Shown: in pieces, positions 24,639-31,148 of the stretch
How positions within the stretch are numbered: the stretch's first letter is position 1
Layout: each line of letters begins with the position of its first letter
DNA from: a virus
Strand: one strand, 5' to 3'
DNA length: 39,231 bases
Virus record (IMG/VR): IMGVR_UViG_3300045988_060233
The notes under the pieces: model-generated
Seen by the model: only the letters and a program-made list of their open reading frames with translations
The model's database searches: none
Told to the model about the DNA's origin: nothing
Made by a program: the position numbers and the translations under genes

Positions 24639-25016
24639 ATGGCATACAAGCAAATCAACCTAAACCCGGAAGAAAAGCGCGTCGGCGATTGTACCGTCAG
24701 AGCCATTGCAGCCGCAACGCATCAATCATGGGCGGCTGTATATGCGGCGCTGGTGCTGGCAGGATTTGAACTGCATGATATGCCGTCTGCAAACTATGTT
24801 TGGGGCAGCTATCTGCGGCGATGTGGGTGGAGTCGTTCGGCAATTCCGAACAACTGCCCGGATTGCTACACGGTAGCGCAGTTTGCGCGTGAACATCCAC
24901 ACGGTACATACATTTTGGCAATGGCTACGCATGTTGTATGCTTGCAGGATGGGGATTGGCTTGATACATGGGACAGCGGCGATGAAGTGCCGCTGTATTA
25001 CTGGCAGAAAGGATGA
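24639..25016 (+). CDS. Putative papain-fold (C39-like) cysteine peptidase, 125 aa
   Basis: AAGGAG 8 nt upstream. GDC(18)TVRA ... TH(98)VV ... DTWD(112) in Cys-His-Asp order and spacing. Confidence 0.4.
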   Translation: MAYKQINLNPEEKRVGDCTVRAIAAATHQSWAAVYAALVLAGFELHDMPSANYVWGSYLRRCGWSRSAIPNNCPDCYTVAQFAREHPHGTYILAMATHVVCLQDGDWLDTWDSGDEVPLYYWQKG

Positions 25017-25022
25017 TTGACT

Positions 25023-25493
25023 ATGGCGTTTGGAGTACCGTATCAGCCCGGCTATATGCCGAACTATTATCCAATGGGGCAGCAGATGCCGTCGGCCATG
25101 CCCGATCAGCTTACACAGCTCCGGCAAGCGGCATATCCGCAGCAGCAACCGGCACAGCAAAGCTCGCCTATTATCTGGGTGCAAGGCGAAGAGGGAGCCA
25201 AAGCGTATATGGTGGCGGCAGGGAACAGCGTGCTGCTGATGGACAGCGAAAATAGTACATTTTACATTAAGTCCACCGATGCCAGCGGCATGCCGCAGCC
25301 ATTGCGCGTTTTTGACTACTCGGAACGCACGGCAAGCCAGAAGCAGGCCGCACAGACAGCGCAAAAATCGAAAGAGGAATATGTCACACGGCAAGAGTTC
25401 AACGCGTTGACAGCCCGCTTTGACGCGCTGGCGGCAGATAAACCTTTAACGCGCAAGAAAAAGGAGGCAGACAATGAGCAACCCTCTGTTTAA
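25023..25493 (+). CDS. Hypothetical protein: P/Q/Y/M-rich N-terminus + small beta-rich domain + charged tail
   Basis: AAAGGA 9 nt upstream. PIIWVQGEEGAKAYMV...FYIKSTDASG. Confidence 0.6.
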   Translation: MAFGVPYQPGYMPNYYPMGQQMPSAMPDQLTQLRQAAYPQQQPAQQSSPIIWVQGEEGAKAYMVAAGNSVLLMDSENSTFYIKSTDASGMPQPLRVFDYSERTASQKQAAQTAQKSKEEYVTRQEFNALTARFDALAADKPLTRKKKEADNEQPSV

Positions 25494-25692
25494 CGCTCTT
25501 GGCGGCGGCAAAATGCCGGGCGCAATGGGACAATTCCAGCAAATGATGCAGCAGTTTCAGCAGTTCCGACATGATTTTCAAGGCGACCCGAAGCAAGAAG
25601 TTCAAAAATTGCTGCAATCTGGGAAAATGAGCCAGCAGCAGCTAAACCAGCTGCAAGCAATGGCGCAGCAGTTTCAGAGCTTTTTAAAATAG
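25474..25692 (+). CDS. Gln-rich small helical protein (72 aa)
   Basis: AAGGAGG SD. MSNPLFNALGGG then QQF repeats. Confidence 0.6.
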   Translation: MSNPLFNALGGGKMPGAMGQFQQMMQQFQQFRHDFQGDPKQEVQKLLQSGKMSQQQLNQLQAMAQQFQSFLK

Positions 25693-25746
25693 GTTCAAAC
25701 CGTGCGCACGGTGAACAATACATTCAACTTTTGAAAGGAGTTAAAC

Positions 25747-26523
25747 ATGAGTCTTTCTTCGGACGGCACTGTTATGACAATGCCTGTTCAGCCCGCGAAT
25801 ACGGGCAATGGCAACGGCTGGGGCTTTGGCGGCGATGGTGCGTGGTGGATTATTATTCTTTTCCTCTTCGTTTTCTGCGGCTGGGGCGGCAACTGGGGCA
25901 ACAACGGCTTTGGCGGCGGTAATGGTGCTGGCGCTGTCGATGGCTACATCCTCACCAGCGACTTTGCCAACATCGAACGCAAAATCGACGTCGTGAACAA
26001 CGGTCTGTGTGACGGCTTCTATGCTCAGGCACAGCTTGTCAACGGTGTGCAGAACGCTATGCAGCAGGGCTTTATGAGCGCCGAAATCAGCCGCGCCAAT
26101 CAGCAGGCGGCATTTATGCAGCAGCTCAACGCCATGCAGATGCAGCAGGCTAATTGCTGCTGCGAGACCCGCGAGGCCATCCAGGGCGTAAACTACAACC
26201 TCGCTACGCAGGCTTGCGACACGCGCCAGACTATCCAGAACGGCACGCGGGATATCATCGAGAATCAGAACGCCAATGCGCGTGCGGTGCTTGATGCTTT
26301 GACCGCTCAGCGCATCGAGGCAAAGGATGCCAAGATTGCCGAGCAGAACCAGCAGCTTTTTGCCGCACAGCTTGCCGCAAGTCAGGCTGCGCAAAATGAA
26401 ACGCTGAAAGCCTATATGAGCGGACAGCTTGCTTACTACAACCCCCGCCCTGTTCCGGCTTTCCCCGTTCCTGCTCCGTATCAGTATGGAAATTGCGGCG
26501 CCTGCAACGGCTGCGGATGCTAA
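25747..26523 (+). CDS. Gly/Trp/Asn-rich single-pass membrane protein with Q/N-rich coiled coil, CCC motif and C-terminal CxxCxxCxC
   Basis: AAAGGAG SD. AWWIIILFLFVFCGW TM segment. NCCCETR. Ends GNCGACNGCGC. Confidence 0.65.
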   Translation: MSLSSDGTVMTMPVQPANTGNGNGWGFGGDGAWWIIILFLFVFCGWGGNWGNNGFGGGNGAGAVDGYILTSDFANIERKIDVVNNGLCDGFYAQAQLVNGVQNAMQQGFMSAEISRANQQAAFMQQLNAMQMQQANCCCETREAIQGVNYNLATQACDTRQTIQNGTRDIIENQNANARAVLDALTAQRIEAKDAKIAEQNQQLFAAQLAASQAAQNETLKAYMSGQLAYYNPRPVPAFPVPAPYQYGNCGACNGCGC

Positions 26524-26572
26524 AAATGAATACGGCAACTTGTCGGAACATCTGACATGTTCGGCCCCGTGC

Positions 26573-26621
26573 CGATAGTGCAAAAAGGGGCGGGGCAATC
26601 GTCCCGCCACTATCTTTTTTT
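26573..26621 (+). terminator. Intrinsic terminator inside the cargo region
   Basis: GATAGTG...GGCGGG/CCCGCC...CACTATC composite stem followed by T7. Confidence 0.6.
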
Positions 26622-26636
26622 GAAAGGAATGATTTT

Positions 26637-27059
26637 ATGGCTGAATTTACAAATGCCAATACCGTGAGCGTGGCAGCAGGCCAGAACGTGCCGCTGACGG
26701 AAACGGCAGTAGCGGGCAAGGGCTGTGTCGTACACAGAGAGGGCGCCGGTATTGTTACGCTGCGCGGCATTACGAACCAGTGCAAAGCTCGTTTCAAAGT
26801 GGGCTTCGGTGCAAACGTTGCTATCCCTACAGGCGGCACAGTGGAAGCTATTACGGCGGCACTTGCCATCAACGGTGAACCGCTGAACAGTACGACTGCA
26901 ACCGTGACACCGGCAGCAGTAGAAAACTTCTTTAATATCTATGTGACGTCTTTTGTTGAAGTTCCGCGCGGCTGCTGCCTGACCGTTGCCGCCGAAAATA
27001 CAAGCACACAAACCGTTTTGTTTGCAAACGCAAACTTTGTGGTCGAGAGAGTGAGCTGA
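26637..27059 (+). CDS. Putative C1q/TNF-like (BclA C-terminal-domain-like) beta-jelly-roll protein
   Basis: Alternating beta pattern ...GIVTLRG...ARFKVGFGANV...ITAALAINGEPL...NANFVVERVS. No collagen stalk. Confidence 0.4.
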   Translation: MAEFTNANTVSVAAGQNVPLTETAVAGKGCVVHREGAGIVTLRGITNQCKARFKVGFGANVAIPTGGTVEAITAALAINGEPLNSTTATVTPAAVENFFNIYVTSFVEVPRGCCLTVAAENTSTQTVLFANANFVVERVS

Positions 27060-27071
27060 AAGGAGTAAACC

Positions 27072-27449
27072 ATGAGTAAAAGAGTTTTGTATGACTTGAA
27101 AGACATGCTGTGCGCAGAACTGGACGAAATTGGAAAGAAGGGTGAAATGTCTGCCGGTGACTTAGAAACTGTTCACAAGCTGACTGACACTATCAAAAAC
27201 ATCGACAAAATTGTCATGCTGGAAGATGATGGTTACAGCCGCGATGGTGATTGGAGCGCGAATATGCGCGGCAATTATGGACGCGGCAGCAGCTATGCGC
27301 GGCGCGGTTCCCATTATGTGCGTGGCCATTACAGCATGGACGATGGGCGCGATTCACTGATTTCCCGCATGGAAGATATTCTGCGCGGGGCTGACAGCAA
27401 AGACAGGGAAGTCATCCAGCGCTGCATTGACACGATGCGAAACGGTTAA
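27072..27449 (+). CDS. Hypothetical protein (helical ends, central R/G/S/Y-rich segment)
   Basis: AAAGGAG SD. 125 aa. Confidence 0.6.
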   Translation: MSKRVLYDLKDMLCAELDEIGKKGEMSAGDLETVHKLTDTIKNIDKIVMLEDDGYSRDGDWSANMRGNYGRGSSYARRGSHYVRGHYSMDDGRDSLISRMEDILRGADSKDREVIQRCIDTMRNG

Positions 27450-27466
27450 AGTGAGGTGTAAGGGCT

Positions 27467-27820
27467 ATGGTTGACGTGCGAGAGATTGACGGCGCTATAG
27501 CCGAAATCGAAAACAGCGAACTCACCATGACCAGAGTTAAAAATTTGGCAGCGCTGTATGTTGTGAAAAATCAGCGTCTTGCAGATGCGTCCCATTCTCC
27601 GCAGAAAGCAAAACTGCAAGAGCCTGTGCGCTACTACGAAGCGGCAGAGCCGTCTACAAGGGCTGCTGTTGGCAGCAGTGACTTTTTACGGGCTGTGTCA
27701 AACGTAGACATCGCAGCAGCGCTGAACGTGCTGGATGAGCTTATGTCGGCCTTGTATGTAGCAAACCCTAAAGTTTATAATGGCGTAATGCGGAAATTGG
27801 AGCGTTTACAGGATGAGTGA
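27467..27820 (+). CDS. Hypothetical protein (117 aa)
   Basis: GTGAGGTG SD. C-terminal VLDELMSAL...P..Y motif. Confidence 0.55.
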   Translation: MVDVREIDGAIAEIENSELTMTRVKNLAALYVVKNQRLADASHSPQKAKLQEPVRYYEAAEPSTRAAVGSSDFLRAVSNVDIAAALNVLDELMSALYVANPKVYNGVMRKLERLQDE

Positions 27821-27950
27821 ATTTTTGGAGATTGTAAAAAAGACCGATACCGGGCGAGTGTTGCGTGTGCTGGATGAGTTTATGGATGCGCTGAAAGAAG
27901 CGCAACCGGAAGCGTACAAAGATTTGGTACACAACTTGATTAGGAAATAA
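27813..27950 (+). CDS. Small protein (45 aa, not in ORF track) paralogous to the C-terminus of the preceding protein
   Basis: Overlaps the upstream stop. VLDEFMDAL...P..Y motif shared with 27467..27820. Confidence 0.45.
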   Translation: MSEFLEIVKKTDTGRVLRVLDEFMDALKEAQPEAYKDLVHNLIRK

Positions 27951-27954
27951 GCGA

Positions 27955-27976
27955 AGTGTGTACTAAAGTGTGTACT
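27955..27976 (+). repeat. Two tandem AGTGTGTACT repeats (candidate integrase arm-type sites, P arm)
   Basis: 27955-27964 and 27967-27976. Related copies at 28149-28158 and 28162-28171. Confidence 0.6.
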
Positions 27977-27988
27977 TCATAAACAAAA

Positions 27989-28022
27989 TAGCGTAGATTC
28001 TAACGAATCTACGCTATTTATT
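27989..28022 (+). terminator. Strong intrinsic terminator ending the cargo operon
   Basis: 12-bp stem TAGCGTAGATTC/GAATCTACGCTA, TAAC loop, then TTTATTAT. Confidence 0.8.
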
Positions 28023-28023
28023 A

Positions 28024-28049
28024 TGGAGCGGCTGATGGGAGTCGAACCC
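28024..28049 (-). other. attP core: 3' fragment of a tRNA gene (T-loop, 3' T-stem, acceptor 3' strand, CCA)
   Basis: Minus strand reads GGGTTCGACTCCCATCAGCCGCTCCA. No matching 5' acceptor, D or anticodon arms nearby. Confidence 0.65.
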
Positions 28050-28148
28050 TGCCGCATTGCAAACCGTTGGTATTTTCTGCCTTTTATACTTTATATAATG
28101 CTACTTGGCATACTGCATTTCGGTTTTTGCTACCGTCTGAAAACAAAA

Positions 28149-28171
28149 AGCGTGTACTTTTAGTGTGTACT
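28149..28171 (+). repeat. AGCGTGTACT + AGTGTGTACT repeats (candidate arm-type sites, P' arm)
   Basis: Same orientation as the 27955-27976 copies. The second copy overlaps the int stop. Confidence 0.6.
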
Positions 28172-29236
28172 ATCTAAGGCGCTTCTGAAAGCTGCATCTA
28201 GCGCAGATGCAATCTTTTCTGCCTGCCCGTTTACGGAGTGGCCGTACACGCCGAATGTGTCCATGTTGCGGCTGTGGCCGACAAGAGCCTTGACTTGCCC
28301 CTCTGGAAGCACATTGGCGATTGACACAAATGTGTGCCGCAGTTCGTACAGGGAGACATACTGTATATTATTGTGAGCACAATACTTGCGCCACCATTTA
28401 TAAAGCAGATGCTCGTCGGTTACGCCAAACACGCTTTTTTCTTTATTGGTGGCTTCACGCTGTGCTTCCAGCACGCTCTTTGCCATGTCGGACAGTTCAA
28501 TAGCGCGAATCGCATTGTCGTTCTTCCCAGTCGTGTGTTCTCCGTAAACATTGATTGCGCGTTTCAGATAGATGCAGCCATTTTTCACATCTTTCCATTG
28601 CAGGCCCAGAAGCTCCCCGGGACGCAGGCCCGTAAGCACTGCAAAGCGATATGCGTTTACATAGGGGTCTACTATTTCCTTGCCTCTGAACATGGTCTTG
28701 TCGCTTGTCATGAGTATTGCCAAATCCTCCGGCTGCAATATTTTCTTTCTGGGCTTCGGCGTCCCCTCTGGTATGTGCAGCGCGTCTGGCGTGAATGTTG
28801 TGTACCCGGAATTTCTGGCGAAGCGGAAAAAAGAAGTTATATCTCCGTAAAGGTTCTGTAGCGTCTTGCGGCTCTTGCCTGCTGCTTTGGCGTTGTCCAA
28901 CACAGCCTGCACTTGCTGCTGTGTGAGCGATTCAAGCCGTCTGTGGCCTATTTCCGGCTGAATCCAGATGCGCCATCGGCTTTCTTTTGGTCTGTAGTTG
29001 CTCTGCCCTGATATTTTAGAGGCCCTTTCCAAATACTCTGCATACGCGCTCTCCACAGTCTTCCCGCGCGTCTGCAAGCCTTTTTCCAGCCAGTCATCCG
29101 CTTTTTTGTTTGCTTCTCGCTGGCCAGTGCGGCCCGGCTTCGCACTGGTAAATGTCTTGCGCACTCCGTTCTTCTGCACATTGATTTGCCAACGCCCGGC
29201 GCTTTCAATCCACTTTGCTGTATTTGTCCTTTTCAT
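28160..29236 (-). CDS. int: Tyrosine integrase
   Basis: 358 aa. ...LRHTFVS...LVGHS...Y catalytic-region pattern. AAGGAG SD. Adjacent to attP. Confidence 0.85.
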   Translation of the reverse strand: MKRTNTAKWIESAGRWQINVQKNGVRKTFTSAKPGRTGQREANKKADDWLEKGLQTRGKTVESAYAEYLERASKISGQSNYRPKESRWRIWIQPEIGHRRLESLTQQQVQAVLDNAKAAGKSRKTLQNLYGDITSFFRFARNSGYTTFTPDALHIPEGTPKPRKKILQPEDLAILMTSDKTMFRGKEIVDPYVNAYRFAVLTGLRPGELLGLQWKDVKNGCIYLKRAINVYGEHTTGKNDNAIRAIELSDMAKSVLEAQREATNKEKSVFGVTDEHLLYKWWRKYCAHNNIQYVSLYELRHTFVSIANVLPEGQVKALVGHSRNMDTFGVYGHSVNGQAEKIASALDAAFRSALDSTH

Positions 29237-29237
29237 A

Positions 29238-29266
29238 TTGCGGCTCCTTTTTTTGTGTGTTATAAT
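29238..29266 (+). promoter_or_regulatory. Candidate extended -10 promoter (TTGCGG-N17-TATAAT with TGT upstream)
   Basis: Perfect TATAAT at 29261-29266 and TG at 29258-29259. Faces away from int. Confidence 0.35.
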
Positions 29267-29301
29267 AATGCCGTCAACTTTTTATGTTGACGGCCCTTTA
29301 T

Positions 29302-29345
29302 CCCTTGCTGGTGTGGCACCACCGGCAGGGGATTTTTTATTTTTC
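29302..29345 (+). terminator. Plus-strand intrinsic terminator (12-bp stem) between int and the HTH gene
   Basis: CCCTTGCTGGTG/CACCGGCAGGGG (two G-U pairs), 6-nt loop, then ATTTTTTATTTTT. Confidence 0.6.
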
Positions 29346-29930
29346 CCTTGCGTTATATTCTTCGTTGCCTGCCAGAACGGCAGCTTCTCCGGCTTGCAGG
29401 CATATTTGCAGGCGGTCAAAGTCCGGCTTGATGCTTTCCGGGCATGGGTCATCTCCAGTTACGGTATCTATCCGGTAATTCTGTATTACGGCCTGGCAGA
29501 CGCGTACACGGCTTTGCATGGACGTATGCGCGTTAGCACACAGCAAATCTATTTGGCCCGCCCAATCGCTCCCGTGCGCCCCACAAAGGATATACAGCAG
29601 GCGGCGCTTATACAGGCTCGGCATCTGAGCGATATAATCAGAAAGTGCCTTGTCTACCTGCTCGTCCGTCCAGTTTGGAGTATCGGTATCGCTGAATGCA
29701 GACGGCATCCAGATGCGCTGCAGCCAGCGCCAGGGGGATTGTTTGCAGACGGTGAACCACATCAACAAATCATCGCTTCGGATAGGGGAAAGCCCTTCTT
29801 CCCAGTTGCGCACCGTGCGGATGTTCACATCCATCTGCCTGGCTACATATTCTTGCGAAAGCCCGGATTCCAACCGGCACTGCGAAAGAATAAGTCCTTC
29901 ACGTTCTCGGAAATCAGCTCTACTTTCCAT
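29337..29930 (-). CDS. XRE-family HTH protein with about 130-aa C-terminal domain of unknown function
   Basis: LSQEYVARQMDVNIRTVRNWEEG HTH. GAGGGTG SD. Confidence 0.65.
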   Translation of the reverse strand: MESRADFREREGLILSQCRLESGLSQEYVARQMDVNIRTVRNWEEGLSPIRSDDLLMWFTVCKQSPWRWLQRIWMPSAFSDTDTPNWTDEQVDKALSDYIAQMPSLYKRRLLYILCGAHGSDWAGQIDLLCANAHTSMQSRVRVCQAVIQNYRIDTVTGDDPCPESIKPDFDRLQICLQAGEAAVLAGNEEYNAREK

Positions 29931-30113
29931 TTCGTCACCCTCAATTTTTTACATGTTTTGCACTTCAAATGCGGTAAAATTTTTCTACCGTAGCAATCAG
30001 GAAAATATAAAGAAATATTTCTTCAAAAAATGCTATGGGAATAAATGGAAGCTATGGTATAAAAAACATGTTAAGATTCTTACTGTAGACAGAAAACACA
30101 GGAGGAATCAACA

Positions 30114-30236
30114 ATGAATAACGTGGAACGTCTGAAGAATTACCAAAACCGTAATGCGGCAACCATTGAAGCCCTGTACCGTGCTGTGCTGCAAGACCGT
30201 GCAAGGAGGGAAGCAGACCATGAAGAAACTGCCTGA
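30114..30236 (+). CDS. Small protein (40 aa, not in ORF track)
   Basis: AGGAGGA 7 nt upstream of the ATG. Helical, basic. Confidence 0.4.
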   Translation: MNNVERLKNYQNRNAATIEALYRAVLQDRARREADHEETA

Positions 30237-30296
30237 TTTGGATGTTCCACCAAGACACGGGCGCAGAAGACCGAAAAAGCGGATTATAAAGACTTG
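30219..30296 (+). CDS. Micro-ORF (25 aa, highly basic)
   Basis: AAGGAGGG 8 nt upstream. Overlaps the end of the 40-aa ORF. Confidence 0.3.
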
Positions 30297-30362
30297 ACAA
30301 ATGAGTATTTTTGTGAAACTGTTGAAATACAACTTCAAGTTGTGTAAAATACAATCAACGGT

Positions 30363-31070
30363 TTACGAATCGCTTACACAGTCATAAATAACGGCTCCGT
30401 TAAGAACACTAAGTAATGTGTTGTCCAAATTTGCATCATTAAGAACATTGGTCATAATAACGGCATCGTCTAACCCATTTTGTTTTGCCTGTTCTACAAG
30501 CTGTTTGTTTAATTCAACAAAGGTGTCAACAACGTTGGATTCCCATTCTTGCTTTGCGTTTTCATCACCAGAGGACGCAAGCGCTGCCCCCATTGCAAGG
30601 TTGTCACCCCACACAGAAAGGGTTATTCCGCTATCATCATATTCAACTTTGTATTTATCCTCTGCGTAAGACTGAGAAGCAGCATACTCAACAATTGCGG
30701 CAAAAAACTTCATGTCGCTGTTATCGGTGCTATCGCTGCTTTCCTGTAATGGTTCTTCGGTAGGCTCTGGCGTTGCGGTGATTTCCGGCGTAGGCTCCGG
30801 GGTAGCGGTTGCTTCTGGCGTTGCTGTGGGCGCAGGCTCTTCAGTTTTTTGGCTTGTTGTATTGGGTGCGGCCATTACAGCGGCTACAAAGAAAACTACA
30901 GGGATAATAATGTTTAATGGCTTTTTTAAGTGCTGCTGAATTGCTTCGACAGGCGCAACGGTGATTGCCGCGCCAAGAAGTAAAACAACGGAAATTGGGC
31001 TGCCGCATACAGGAACAAACAAAATGCACAAAACAGCAATTACCCATCGTACGATTTGCTTTTTAGACAT
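30363..31070 (-). CDS. Membrane protein with Pro/Thr/Glu-rich linker and extracytoplasmic domain (candidate superinfection exclusion)
   Basis: AAGGTGG SD before ATG 31070. TM segments. TEEPAPTATPEATATPEPTPEITATPEPTEEP linker. Confidence 0.65.
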   Translation of the reverse strand: MSKKQIVRWVIAVLCILFVPVCGSPISVVLLLGAAITVAPVEAIQQHLKKPLNIIIPVVFFVAAVMAAPNTTSQKTEEPAPTATPEATATPEPTPEITATPEPTEEPLQESSDSTDNSDMKFFAAIVEYAASQSYAEDKYKVEYDDSGITLSVWGDNLAMGAALASSGDENAKQEWESNVVDTFVELNKQLVEQAKQNGLDDAVIMTNVLNDANLDNTLLSVLNGAVIYDCVSDS

Positions 31071-31148
31071 AATAGAACCACCTTTACATTTTTTGGGAGG
31101 AATCAGCAATGACGGACACAGAAAAGCTTATTGAAATTGTTTCAACCT

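Noticed and set aside
28024-28130. A complete tRNA gene at the attachment site.
   Set aside because: Only the T-loop/3' T-stem/acceptor 3' strand/CCA is present on the minus strand. The 5' T-stem positions do not pair, and no GCGGCTG 5' acceptor strand, D arm or anticodon arm occurs in the adjacent 100 nt. This is consistent with an attP core, not a gene.
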